DNA of 64,000 nucleotides from Callorhinchus milii (taxonomy: Eukaryota). Shown here piece by piece: positions 21,965-35,407 of this stretch (the first letter of the stretch is position 1; every line of letters starts with the position of its first letter). Under the pieces are notes generated by a model. That model was not told the origin of the DNA, made no database searches, and saw only the letters and a program-made list of their open reading frames with translations. The stretch spans positions 7,998,001 to 8,062,000 of the forward strand of contig NW_024704749.1 of assembly GCF_018977255.1 (NCBI RefSeq), written 5' to 3'. Both the position numbers and the translations under genes were made by a program.

Positions 21965-24900
21965 CAATGAAGTACTGAGCGAGAGCCAAGCTGAACTCTC
22001 TCCCTCCCCCGACTCACTGACACACTGACTGTCTCCCCTTATGTCAAACCTCTTTCAAACGGTAAAGTAACTGTGTCACATTCCACACACTTGCTTACTC
22101 TGGATTCTTCCTTCACAAGTTGCTTCTGCCTTGGCAGCTCCCTCCCCTCTTCTCCCCCCCCCCCCCCCCCCCACACCCCCCCACCACGATTCCTGTGGGG
22201 TTGGAACAAGTGGCCAAGTTACTGGGTGGGGGCGGGGGGGGTCACTTCAGGTCAATGATATGGGCAGGGCGACTTTATTAATCAATTTCTGATGTATTGA
22301 AATGTTTATTTTTGTCTGGAGCAAAATCTCCCTTCCCCATCCACACCCGAGCTATTAAGTGCTCCGCTCACTTGTGTGTTTGGCTCTGGGTCAGATTGAA
22401 GTTAACACCTGTTTTATATATATATTATATGTAAAGCACTGGCAGAATATATATTGAAATATTAATTAATCAGAATTTTTCTTTTTGTAAAATATCTCCT
22501 TCCAACCTTCCCCACAGTCACAAGTTGTCGGGTGGAACTTGTGACATTTCCTGCGCAGATTTATCACAAGAAATGCGTTAAAGAAGCGTCGCAAATTTCA
22601 CTTCTCGCAGCTCATTTTTAACTCTCTTAAAACGTTCGTCTGCAAGTGGATGTTCCTCGGTTATTAGGGTACGTGCAGCCGAGAATTCGCTGCCTCCTTG
22701 GCCTTCGTGTTGAGAAGTAGGAGGGAGTGGGAGCTGTAAATTCTGGATGTCAAATTTAAAATAAAAACTTTATTAACACAGCTCGACGTGCGTGCGTTTT
22801 ATTTGTTTTGCCAACGCAAATGCGTGAAAATTCAAGGCGAAAAGCGATGGTTGAAACAGAGAGGATTGGGGTGTTTTAAAAAGGGAACTTGTACCCTTGG
22901 GTCTGTATATATACGTGAGGGAGAAGGGAGCAGAAGGGATTAAGAAGCACGAAGGCTCGCGTGGAGCATAAATAACCAGCATGGGGCAAATGGCCTGTTT
23001 CCTTGTGCTAAGGTTTGTGAGTCCTTTTCCCAAGTACTGTATATTGCTCTGAGACACAGCCATTCGCTCAGGATCAAGGTGGCCACCAGATGGAGATGTA
23101 CGTTAAGCATTGGTACGAGCGGCTCGATGATCTGAACTCGCTGTACGTGCAAACTCACTGAAGCAACACAAATGGCTTACGGCTTTCAGCTGCTGAGAGA
23201 TTGACCTCTCAATTTTTGACCGTGCTGTTGGCCATCTTTCCCGTCCCCAAACCCCTCTCTTTCGGCTTGGGTTAAGCTGCTCTGAACGCCTTCCTGACGT
23301 GAAAGGCACTGACTTATCAATGTGAATTTGTGTCGTAATTTGTGTATTATTCCTCGCCGTGTGTTTACCCTTCAGCAGAAGGTCCAAGTGGCCAGCCTTC
23401 TGCCCTGCAAACTTGCTGGTAAAGTGGGGGAAAATAATAATAATCCTTGCATTTGATATATAGCACCTTATCACATCATTGAGATGTCTCAAAGCGCTTC
23501 ACAGGATCTTCTGTAAATTGAATTGACTGTACATTTCATGAATGAAACGCAGCAGCCAATTCAATTGTGCCTTTCACTTGAGCAGGAGACAGATGCATGG
23601 GCGGCAGCAAATTTTTATAAGGTCTCTCTCTCGCCAGCGAGTTGACTCTTATTAAAAATAATGAACTGCCAAACCAGTTTTTTTAAGGCTTGGCTTTGAG
23701 CGAGAACATGATGTGAACGCAGCAGTGTGCCAGGCTGAGAGCGCTACACACACAGGGCACAATGAACCAAACTAAACCCTTGTGCCAGTGCAGAGCCAGC
23801 AGGAAGCATCACTTTAATCTGTTCACACGAGGCCTCTGGACTCTTCCACCTGACGTCACGAGGAAGCCTTGAACTAATGACTAGATCCTTAAGCGGCGTA
23901 AACAGGATGGAAATCAATCAGACAAACCCTCATCAACAACAGAAGGTTATGTTGGCAAACACTCCAGCAAACTTGGACCAAGAACGCTGTAGGAAAATAA
24001 TGAACCAGTCTCCAAATGTCAATTTGACCGCGTGCATTGACTTACGCTGGCATCCCTCACCCATCACCTGTGTCGGCCAGGTTTACCCACAAAATAGTTA
24101 CTGCACTTTCCTGTGCATTCTGTGAAGCGCTTGGGAGACGTCTCAACAACTTGATAACGCACAATATCAAATGCAAGTATTTTTATTATTAATATTTATT
24201 ACTTGTGCAGAAGTGAAATGCCTTCAGACCCAGGTGCAACTCATTGAATTTTATTAGTTGAACATGATTAAAATATTGAGGTAACGTCCTGTAGTTTCGC
24301 CACTACAACAATCTTCATTAATAACAGAAGGTAGGAACCGCAGACTTTTACAATTCAATCCGCGCGCGAGCGAATGAGTGGCGTCCCGTGACTGAGTGAA
24401 CAGCCCGTGGACAATGCTGGAGTCCGCAGCGTGGCTGGTTCGATCTCCTGTGGTAGGCACGTCGTTAGCAGCTGAAGGTGCTTTCAGTTACCAATCAATA
24501 GGAAAATAACAAGTAGTGTAGCAAACGCCTGGTGTTCTGTAACTCGAAACCCAAGTTATCGTCCTTGCCCAGGGGCGACCAGGCCGGGGAATAGAGAGCT
24601 GACGAAACAGCGCTCCGCAAGCAAGCTTTCACTGTTCGGATTTAATGCCCACCGTGACCCACCGACTCGGCTGTGAATAATAAACCTCCGCTCGCGCAAA
24701 TGCTGCTCGTGAGTGCCCGGGCAACCGCTGTAATCCCCGCTCTGTACACGCGCTTTACACTTCAAACGCGAGCTTGTGCACGATTTCGATGTCACATTCC
24801 CTCCGATGTACTGCATGCTGCTGCTCACTATTACATTTTACAAAACATTCTGTTTTAATTCCTCTTCTTCCCCCACCCCCCCCCGCCCCGCCGCCCCCCT

Positions 24901-26083
24901 CCCCCCACAAGAAAAATAACATTCGAGTCAAATGCACTCACTGCTCGTAACGACATGTGAAACCCGCCCCCACCCGGCCAGAGTTAGCATTCATCAGTAC
25001 ACAAGGCATTGCCTTCACCACCACCGCCAACTGCCTGTGAGAGAGAACTAAGGCACATAAACATGCATACTTCCTGGATTGTACCCCTCCCGGCCGTGCT
25101 CCCACACATCACAGATCTCCCCCTCGGCCGCTTCCGAGTGTCCCTGAATGAGACGGCTTCAACCTGCCTCACTGAACACACACCGCGGGTGACACCTGAA
25201 ACCCCGAGCACGTTTAACGGGTAGACATCGGCAGAGTTTGGTGTCCTGGCACCCTTTTCTGGTGGTGGTGTCCCCCCACCTCTCACCCCCCCACCCAACA
25301 TCTTTGGGGATTTTAAAACAAGAGGGAAGGGGTTGAGGTGAGTGGGATGGGGGGGGGAGGGGGGAGAGTAACATGTGGCAATCAGGATTGGAATTCTTTA
25401 AGGAAATCGGCCAGAATTTTACTTTAATGCTATATATTTGCCGAGATCCTTAGGATCGGAATGACTGGCGTTCGGTTACTGAGAGGAGGCTCCAGTAATT
25501 CCTGAATTAAGGAACACCATTAGCATTGCCACATGTTACACCTATATTATCCCCCCTCGCCCATGTTAAACATCACAGTAAAGAACATCCAGTTTTCTCA
25601 GTTTCACAAGCGATCGAATACCAAGAGTAAGTTCAGTTAGTTGTGGAATATGACAGGGATCCCCTTTTACAAAAAGTCTTAAAAAGCTACAACACTCAGT
25701 TAATCATAGAATAAACAAACCATGTATCTTAACAATCTGTGGAGCACAGAGTGATCAGCGACTGAATTAACAAAGGCAATCAATCTGATTTAATCAGACG
25801 TTTCCACCAGACCCTGATCAGAGCAAGAAAGCGCAAGAACACTGAGGTGATTGGTAAATCTCCACGACTTTACGGACCAACAATGTCGCAGGAGTTTGAT
25901 GCTGAATTAACTTCAGGCAGAATTATTACTTTTTTCCCCCTTAATAAGTTTTCCGAAGTACAATAAATAGAAATCAGTAAAAAGATCAAGAAACACGTTC
26001 ACTCGGTTACACAACGTGGTTGTGAACCTGACGGGGGTGTGGGGGAAGGACGGAGAAGAGGTGCGTACACGCATACTCACGCG

Positions 26084-26121
<38 letters not shown>

Positions 26122-26885
26122 TATATATACACAACCAAAAACTGTGCTTGAAACAGTAAAGTTTGCCCCTGGCCCGACAGAGAATGATAAATCAAAATTA
26201 TGCTCCCCAAGATTAAGCCAAACACGCACCCCCCCCACCCCACAACACACACGCATCCTATGGCTCATAGTACAACCTTGCACTCTCTCAGGTAGCTCAA
26301 ACTGGAATGGTGGACTTGAGTTGAAGCCGCAAATAACTTATGTGCTAATGTTGGATTTTTGTTTCAATAGAAAAAGAAATGCAATGAAGCCTCCAAAACC
26401 CCACCCAAACCCCCATATCATTCAATTATAAGTTGTTTGCACGCATTAATAGTTTTTGCATCGGTTAAATTTCCGAGACAAGCTGCTAAAATAGTACACG
26501 CGAGAAAAGAGCAGCCACAGATTTAAAAACGACTTGAAAAATTGTAGAAATCTAAAGCTACCACAAAAGATGCCCCCGCCACCCCCCGGGACATCTGAGA
26601 ACATTCCCAAAAAATAGTGTTTGCACAAGAAACGATACCTTTCAGCTGTGCACGAATAAAACAATTTCTGGAGCAGACATGGAAGCAGTCAGCAGCAGTC
26701 GCCTTAGTGCTAAATGCGAACATGTTCCTCCTCTCTCTCCTCTCCCCCACCCCTCACCACGCAATTTACAAACCACTCACTCACACACACACACTCACTG
26801 TTAACATAACAGTAGAACAGTAGAATTGAAAGCACCTAATGCATAGAAAGAAATCCACTTGATCTGTCTGATTTGATGAGCAAAG

Positions 26886-27380
26886 TTACTGCAGGATGAA
26901 TCCAGCCTGAGGTGCTGATTTCTGGGGAACGGGCGGGGGTGCATAAGGCAGCCTGTATTGTTGGGGGTAGCCCGGCTGAGGAATGGGAGTGGGGGCGGCC
27001 GTGCCTGAGCGGGGTGGGATAGGAGGGAAGGGAGAGGCCGGGTAGGGGGTCGCGTGGCTGGGCCCCGGAGGCAGGCCCATGAAGGGATTGGGGTAGGCGA
27101 ATCCTTGCGAGAGAGAAGGCGGTGGCAGAACCCTGCGGGGGGCTGGGATGGGAAAGGTGGGGTCGGTGGTGGGGTTGGGGGTCTGGCTGGCTGGGGCTGG
27201 GTCAGGCTGCCAGTGGAGCTGAGCCACGTGGGGTTGAGCGGGCCTCTGCCCCTTTAAGACCATCTCCTGCAGCTTCTCGATCTTGACCCGGCGCTGGTGT
27301 GCCAGCTTGCGCTTGCTCTGGTACTCGTCAATGAAGGTGTCCAGCGGTATTTCTCCGTCCAGGAAGGTCTTGGCCATGTT
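26886..27380 (-). CDS. VPS37B: VPS37B exon 4 (coding part)
   Basis: tttcag acceptor; NMAKTFLDGE...GFILQ*. Confidence 0.93.
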   Translation of the reverse strand, partial: NMAKTFLDGEIPLDTFIDEYQSKRKLAHQRRVKIEKLQEMVLKGQRPAQPHVAQLHWQPDPAPASQTPNPTTDPTFPIPAPRRVLPPPSLSQGFAYPNPFMGLPPGPSHATPYPASPFPPIPPRSGTAAPTPIPQPGYPQQYRLPYAPPPVPQKSAPQAGFILQ

Positions 27381-30300
27381 CTGAAACAACACGGGGAAAG
27401 CCTTTCCGTTAACGTTTTCAGACAAACTCAACACATTTTCGTCGGTTACAAAGGGTTATTTTTTTAAAAAATCTGTCTCAAGACTCTTCTCTTGGACCTT
27501 GTGCGCCTTTGGTCAACCCCCTATCCCCACCCTCCTAAAATACCCCTACGATATTACCCGACCCTCAACTCAGGAGGAAATCCTTAACACCGCCTTGGGA
27601 CAGCCTTGCGACGTGAAAGGGGCTGTGAAAAATGGCTCCAGTGAAGAAACACTATTCCGGAAAAATAATTCTTACATTTAATATAGTGCTTTTCACATCA
27701 GGATAACTCCTCGCAGAATTTACTGTAGAAATGAGGAACTGCACTCCACAGTATATCCTGATGAATGCTTTCTTCGTGTGGACAAACGATAATGCTCACC
27801 TCAGTTTCCTCTTCGATTTTTGCACCTTCTGTTTGCAGGAGGGCGAGCAGTGTGTCGATGGAAGAACAGCTGGACTTGCTGTCTGCAGAGAGAAGCAAAC
27901 AACATCGATGTCAGCTACAACATCCTCCCACCATATTGAGCAACATCGCAATTTAGCAAGAGTCAAGATTCCATTTGTTCCATTGGAGACAAACTATGAC
28001 ATTGGGAACCATTGGACATCAAGGCTGCAAAAAACAGCCACTCTGGCTTTGCAAGTCACATTTTTGACTTCCCGATGGCACGAAAATAGTGTCTCTCCAG
28101 TAAAAGCAATTGTCTGTTAAGCCAACAGTGTCAGGCTGTGAACTGCAGTCTGGACAGATGTTGATATGCAGCCAAGCTTTTATTAATAATAATCCTTGCA
28201 CTTGATATAGCGCCTGATCACTAATTTTCACACAAAGGGTAGTGGAAATCTGTAACTCTCTCCCTCAAAAGACTGGATACATTCAAATTTTCAAGACTGA
28301 GGTGGATAGATTTCTGTTTGAGGGGCTGAATGGTCTACTCCTGTTTCTATGACGTGTTCGAGACATCTCAAAGCGCTTCACACAATAATCTGTAAAGTGT
28401 AGTGACTGGGTATTTTGTGGCTGAAAAATGCCCCTACGATTTTACCTGATGTTCACCTGACCTGTGTGACAGACTCTCGGCCAGGCTGCTAACAGAAAAC
28501 ATCTTCAGTCTGGAAACATATCAATAGATTGGGCTCGATCCAGCCCGGAAAACTGCTCCACTGAAGCAAGTGATAACCCAAAGGCCACATCCTGTTAAGC
28601 AATAAAGCCCAGTGAATCTGGCCACGATGTTGGCTTTGGCTCTCTGAATGCATTCATGAATAATCCTGCATTTGAAGCAGAACCTATAAGACCGCAACAA
28701 CCCAAAGCAACTTCACAGCAACTTAATTGTTGACATGAAGACATTACTTTTTGTAGGCTGGTCACCCAATGTACATTGCTCTCACTGTTGCGAGCAAGCA
28801 ATGCAATCCGTTCATAAAAGTTCGGTCAAGAGCCAAGTCTAGAGGGAATCAAGAGACTAAAGCAGTAAAACTCACATCAGTCAGGACCCTAAATAGCACT
28901 TAATGACTTACGTGAAGACCGAGTTCAAGCAAACTGTATAAATTGTACAAAATCCGATTTAATTGATAATCTACACTGCCCGTGCGTGATTCAATGCAGC
29001 CAGTAAGTGCGTACGCAGTGACGGGTCACGACTACGTTTCCTGCGATTCAATGCAGGCGTTAAGAGCTTCCTTTCAACCAATCTGTGCCAGTGTTGTGAT
29101 CACAGATCACAATCACACAGGATAAACGTGGTGTAATTGCAAAGCAGGTTTTACCTAATTTGGATTTGCGCATCTGATATGCTTCGAACACCGTCTGTAG
29201 CTCTTGATATTTGCTGATCAGCTGGAGTTTCAATTGGTTCAGCTTTGGGTCATACTGCAGGTTCTGCTCTGCTAGACTGCGATTGCTAGCAAGACTCATG
29301 TCTTTGGTCGACTGGACATCCGGTGCCTGAAAAGACAGAGAGCTTGCTCACCAACAAACATCCACTTTAGAAAATAAGCCGCACACATTCCTCCATTGGG
29401 AACAATGAGAGGTCACGTCCAATGTGTAATTAATGCGAGTCATCGACACTGACCCACAGAAATAAACAACTTGTATTTGTATAGTGCGTTCACACAGGGT
29501 AGCGTCTCGAAGTGCCTAAGTTGGAAAGAGAGGTCATTCAATCCATCGTGCCTTTTCTGGCTCCCTGAAAGCCCTATCTATCCAGTCCCACAAGTTTCGC
29601 CCACAAAACACACAGTCACTACACTTTACAGTATATTCTGTGAAGCGCTTTGAGACATCTCAAAGACGTAATAAGGCACTATATCAGATGTAAGGATTAT
29701 CCTTATAGTCCCATTCTCCTCAGGGGCAATAAATTCTCCCCGATTATGTTATTAAAACGCCTCACGATTCTAAAATCCTATATCGGGTCTCCTCTCAAGC
29801 ATTTCTGTTCTGGAGAGCACAGTCCCAGTCTCTCCTCAGATGTAAAACCTCTCACCTCATCAACATCACCTTGTTCTGTCTTTCAGCAGTACACTCCAGC
29901 TCTAGCCAGGTATGTTATAACAAACTGGTATGTGATGATTACCTGAAGCAACAAACTCTGTAGAACCTGTTCTATGTCCCCTCCCCTCTGTCATACACCT
30001 GTCGACTTCCTGTTTGAAACCCATGAAGGACATATCCTGTTATCTGAATTGTTGCCTTTCAGGTTCACTTGGCTTCTACAGCAGGAAGATACACTTTAAA
30101 ACTAAGAACCAATCCTCATAATAATAATAATAATCCTCGCATTTGATATAGCGCTTTTCACGTCAGGAGGACGTCCCAAAGCGCTTCACAGAACACACTG
30201 TAAAGTGAATTGACTGTATATTTGTGGGCGAACGCGGCAGCCAATTGCACACAGCAATGTCCCACAAACAGTCGTAGATTGAAAATGACCAATTTATAGC

Positions 30301-33300
30301 TCATTAATATAATGTACATTTATAAAGCGACTTCTCAAAATACTTCTGCTCAAAATACCATTTTCAGACTCTACCCTGCATGAAGAGTATAATATAAGTG
30401 CAAGTTGTTGTTGAATTTAATGCCAAATGTTGCAAAGCGAACATGCTCTCGTAGAAACCTTGACTTAGAAATATTTTAGCATAGGGGGAAGTAAATCAAA
30501 TTGGTTTGTTTACTAGTAAACAAACAACGAATAACAACAATAATAAACCTTGCATTTGATAGAGCACCTTATCACATTGTGGAGACGACTCAAAGCACTT
30601 CACAGAATATACCGTAAATTGAATTGACGGTGTATTTTGTGAGCGAAATGCGGCAGCCAGTTCCACACAGCAGCGTCCCACGAACAGTTGCAGATTGAGT
30701 GATCAAATTATTTATTTATTGAAGCGTTAATTACCTCCAGATATCGATCCGCCAATCGACCAATCACTGGGTTACTACTTATTGCCGGGTAAACAATGCT
30801 TTTTAAATATGAAAAATTCTAGATAAAACGTTTTAATGAAGAAATATAAAAACTTGCTTTGAAAGTGACTAACAAAAAGAGGTAGATTGTGTGTGTGCGT
30901 GTGGTGGGGGGAAGGGGGGGGGGGGTTAGTGTTGCCGGGAGAAGAAAGCCGAGGATTAATCCTTGCCAGGGCACTCATCTAGTTTCTAGGCCACCCCCCT
31001 TCTTATGAATGCTACTTTCCTGAACAAAAGCCGCAGCTGAACAAACCAACGCGCGGCCAAAGGAGTGCATTCAGATCACAGTGAGTAACAAAGAAAGCTT
31101 TGTTTGCAAAAACATTTCTGGTGTATGGAAAAAAGGTAATGGGAAATGTCTGCTCCTGAAGGAACTGGAAGTGATTATTTTGTTGTGTGGGGAGATGATT
31201 GAAAAAAATGCACTATGGTCTCTTTGTTAACACATCATTTTAATAATGAATTCATTGAGAACCACAGCTCAACTGTGCAAAGATATGCACGCACCAGAGC
31301 TTCCTCTCTCTCGCAACAACAACTTGCATTTATATGGCACCCCTCCCACAGGGTAGAATGGCACCCTATCTCCTGGAACTCAAAACTATTACAGTACTTT
31401 GCCTATGTCTTTGCTTACATTCCCCCTTTTTACCTAATGTTCCATACCATACACCAGGGTGGTTCAACCTTTTGGCTGTTGAGGGCCAGTTGCTGGATTT
31501 GAGAAGTTTCCACAGGCCGCACAAGCAATATTTATGCGTTTCCCTTCCAATGTGTTTTTCATGTCGGAAGTACATCCTAAAGCAGCTGGGCACCCGAGCG
31601 ATGGATGGGAGCCGAGGGAAATGGGGTGCTGAGGGGAACAGATGACAGACAGCGTGGTTGAAGAGTTAGGCCTTGATGTACCTTGAAAAAGGGAAAGGGA
31701 GCAAGCGAGTTCGGAGGGCCTCCGGGAATGAAGCTCCAGAGAACGGGGGCAAAATGGCGATGGTGGGGCTGATGAGGTGGGGGGCGGACATGAAATAAGC
31801 CACTGTTTGCTGGGCAAAGAGAACGGCTGGATCGGGAGATCGCAGAGCTAGGGCGAGGTGCTCAGTTTCATTCCTTTTCTGTAACTTCCTGGTCCTCAGC
31901 CAAGCAATTGGAGTGATTGGTGAAACAGCAAACTTACATCATTTATATAGCGGACTATGTTCAAATATCCCACAGTATTTCAGTGTAATTAATAGCAGCC
32001 ATCTTGCCTCAAGGTCCCACATGAAGAGAATGACTTAATTTATCTAGGATTGCTGGCCAAGCCACCACGAGGACCTCCCTTCCCCTTTTTCAAATTGTAA
32101 GACAGGACCTTTGGCATTCACCTGAACAGGCAGACAGGAAGCTGGGAATTTAATGACTCACCCCTCCACCCCACCAAAAAAAATACTCCCTCTCAGCACT
32201 GCATTGCAATGTCAACTTTGACTGTGAGCTCAAGTGCAGTTCCTATCATCGCAAATAATACTTATATTTATCTATAACAGCAAAACATCTCATGGCAGGT
32301 CACAGGGAATTCCTGCAGACAACGCAGTGACCTAGGAACAGCAGTTTGGGTTGGGTGTCAATTTTATTTGTCCAAAACTATGTGGCGTGAATAAATAATA
32401 ATCCTTGCATTTGATATAGCGCCTCAGCAGGTTGAGCCAAATGGGGAGGAGATGGATTTATCTAAACAATACGGTAGTATTTCGGGGCAAAGCAAAGTGT
32501 AATACACATATACACTCACGCTTTCGGCCGCTACGCCCCAGAGCTCTTGAACACTCTCCCTCAATCCCTCCACCTTGCCCCCCCCCCCCCCTCCCTTCCC
32601 TTTTTCCAAGTCCCACCTGAAAACCTTCCCTTTCGATCGTCCACCTCTATCCCCCCCTTCCCCCCCCGCCGCCGGCCGGGTCGAAGTCAGGCTCCGCCAC
32701 CGTTAAGCGCTCCCGAGACACTACCCTGCAATGGAGGGCGCTACATAAGTGCAAGTTGTTGTGGTGGTGGCTGGACGCCGACAAAAAAAAAACACGGCCG
32801 TGACGTCTCAGCGACATAAGGCGCCGCGTCAAACGCGAGGAATGTTATTCCTCATTATATGGCAGAACCGCTTACTGCGAGGGGCCCGACACAGGGCGGG
32901 AGGGAGGGCAGGGCCCGGGCGGATGATGATGATGATGATAATAATAATAATCCTTGCATTTGATATAGCGCCTTATCACGGTCACTGAGACGCTTCAAAG
33001 CGCTTCGCTGGATGTAAGTGTAAAGTGAAGCAGTTCGGATGCGGGGCCTGCAAGGCTTTGGGTGGGTGGGTGGGGAGGGGGGGGGACCCCCGCCCGGGGT
33101 GCGGCGTTTCTGGGTGGCCGTTGTTTACAGGGCTCAGGCCTCGGCCTCTCCCCCTCCGCCACCGGCCCCTCTCTCTCTCTCTGTCTCTCTGTCTGTCTGT
33201 CGCCGCCGCCCTCACCTCCACCATAATCTCCTCCGCCATCTTCTTGAGCTGCTCCTCGTCCGCCAGCAGCTGGTGGAGCTGGGCCACACTCAGGGCGCTC

Positions 33301-33326
33301 AGCTTGCCGGCATCCACCAGCGCCAT
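26886..33326 (-). CDS. VPS37B: ESCRT-I subunit VPS37B, 4 exons, 286 aa
   Basis: Exons 33326-33216, 29326-29155, 27882-27800 and 27380-26886 join in frame (861 nt). Mod(r)-domain peptides LASNRSLAEQNL, LLALLQTEGAKIEEETE and YQSKRKLAHQRRVKIEKLQE; Pro-rich tail ending GFILQ as in VPS37B. Confidence 0.95.
27800..27882 (-). CDS. VPS37B: VPS37B exon 3
   Basis: ctgcag / gtgagc; 83 nt. Confidence 0.92.
29155..29326 (-). CDS. VPS37B: VPS37B exon 2
   Basis: tttcag / gtaaaa; 172 nt. Confidence 0.92.
30120..30295 (-). mobile_element. SINE 3' half in VPS37B intron 1
   Basis: Reverse complement of the SINE core and tail. Confidence 0.78.
33216..33326 (-). CDS. VPS37B: VPS37B coding exon 1 (MALVDAGKL...EIMVE)
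   Basis: ATG in gcgATGG context; donor gtgagg. Confidence 0.9.
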
Positions 33327-33329
33327 CGC

Positions 33330-34400
33330 TTCTCCGCCCTCCTCCTCCTCCTTCTCCGCTCAGCAACTTCCGGCGGCGGCGGCGGCGGGAGGGCGCGGAG
33401 GGGCGGAAGGGGAAAAAAAAACCGTCCACGAAATGACCTCCCGCCTGGGTTTGACAGATTAAGCCAATCAGAGAGCGACATGATGTGATTGACCCGTCAA
33501 TTGTCCAATTGGAGATGGCAACTTAACCTAAACCCCGCCCCCCGGCTCTGCACCGCTTGATTGACGCGCACCTCAGCCAATCGGAGATGGCGTGTTACAA
33601 TGGCGATTGACACGTGATTGAGCTTTTTCGGCGGAGGTCACAGCTCCCACCTCGACTGGCTGACGCACGCGTTGAGCCAATCCGCGGCGGCGGTCCCGCC
33701 CATGTGATTCGATTGACGCAAATACCATCCAATAAGAAGAGGGCCTTTCATTTGATTGACGTCCAAATCACCCAATAGGAGACCGCGGCCCAGCCAGACG
33801 AGACGCGGCTCGGCTCTGGCAGTCACAGTGCCACTTGTGGCGAATTAACTCATTTACTTAATTAATTGACGGTTGATTAACTTCATTAACCATCACACAA
33901 GGGGGGGGCGGGGGGGGGGAGTAAGACACGAAAGCATGGACGTAACAACAATAATAATAATAATCATGTAACACAAAAGTCTCGAAGGCTTTGTTGAAAC
34001 GAGACGGGGTGCAAATGAGACGAACGACGCCCACGGAGCCAATCACATCTCAGCGTAACTCCGGGACCGTGGACGCAGACGCATCAACAGCCTCGATCGA
34101 TGAGCGACCGTCAGCGAGATCGGCGACCAAAGAGCGGCCGCGCGGCCCGGTCACGTGGGCCGAATGCGCTCTCGCGCGTGCGCACGCGCGCACCCCACCC
34201 AGCGCGTGGGAGAGAGGGGGGGGGGCGGGGTTTCGGAGTCTCGCGAGATGCGGAGAAGCGGGCGGGAAAGGCGCCCGCGTTGGCGCCGCGAGCCGCCATT
34301 TTGTGTCGGTCTCTCTCTCTCTCTCTCGAGGTAGCGGCGGCGGAGAGGCCGAAGGGAAGGGTGAGGGGGTGGTGCAGGGCGGCGGACAGCGGGGTTAAAG
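33330..34400. promoter_or_regulatory. CpG-island bidirectional promoter (VPS37B on -, glycosyltransferase transcript on +)
   Basis: CpG-rich. CCAAT at 33464, 33505, 33577, 33677, 33729, 33772 and 34039; GC box near 33532; GTCACGTG near 34150; NRF1-like GCGCGTGCGCACGCGC near 34174; YY1-like GCCGCCATTTTG at 34292-34303. Confidence 0.8.
34260..34360 (+). other. Putative non-coding first exon of the B3GNT-like transcript(s); start approximate
   Basis: In the + half of the CpG island; ends at donor-like AGG|GTGAGG (34360/34361); the acceptor ttttgacag| at 35397 precedes the first ORF. Confidence 0.55.
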
Positions 34401-34659
34401 CTGCGCATACGATGGCTGGATGGCTTCTCAGGCACAGAATCCTCAGTGACTCATTGCAAGATAACAGCCTCCCACCCCACCCCCGGCCCCACAATGGCCG
34501 CCTGACTGCCCTGCTCCCAGGCCTCACAGCTTCGACACTACCCCCCCACTCCCCCCCCCCAATGTTGAACTCACACAGCCCCGTAATTAGGTGGAGGAAC
34601 ATTTGGGTTTTGACAACTTCTTCAAACCCCCTCCCTCACCTCCCCCACCCCAGCCGCCA

Positions 34660-35082
34660 TCTTTCAGTCGAGTCTTGCTCGGCCATTCACGGCCTCGCTC
34701 CCTCCTACCTTTCCGACCTACTATTCCCCTACTTACCTGCCCGTACCCTCCGTTCCTCTGGCTCCGGTCTGCTCCACATCCCCCGCCCCAACCGCCCTAA
34801 CATCGGTGGTCGGGCCTTCAGCCTCTCAGCCCCTCGGCTCTGGAACTCCATCCCCAGTGCCTTCGCCGCCTCCTCCCGTTCCTCCTTCAAGGCCGGTCTC
34901 AAGACCTTTCTCTTTGACCTTCAGCCTTCAGCTCCCCTCTCGACTCTCTACCCCCTCCTCGCTCTCTCCCTCCCCTCACCCTGACCATTTCCCCCCAATG
35001 CTCGGGTCCTGACCCAACTGTACAGCGCCTTGGGACGTCCTCCCGACGTGAAAGGCGCTCTATAAATGGAATCTTCTTGTTG
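34660..35082 (+). mobile_element. L2 3'-end fragment
   Basis: HGLAPSYL...GGRAFSLSAPRLWNSIP...FKAGLKTFLF. Confidence 0.8.
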
Positions 35083-35407
35083 AGTCTCGCGCATGTGAAA
35101 TGTTGCTAAGGTTTGGGGTGCGGGGGGATTATTAAGCGCCCGGTGGTGGGGGGAGGTTGGGAGGGAGAGCTAGTCGAAGCAAAAGAAGAGGCCGTTCGTC
35201 CCATCATGCGAGTACCCGTGCCGCATCTACAAAATCACCCGCATAACACACTGTATATCCTGTGAAACGCCTTTGAGACGGACGTCTCCACCGCCCCTGC
35301 ATTAGCCGTAACTCTGCATGTTAAAGTTAACCTTACGAATGCTTACAATTTAGCAGTGGAAAAATTTTAAATTTAATTTTTTTTAAACTTTTGACAGGTT
35401 AGCAAAC

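Noticed and set aside
34100-34984. 294-aa ORF
   Set aside because: GC-rich promoter sequence running into an L2 3' fragment; not a coherent protein.
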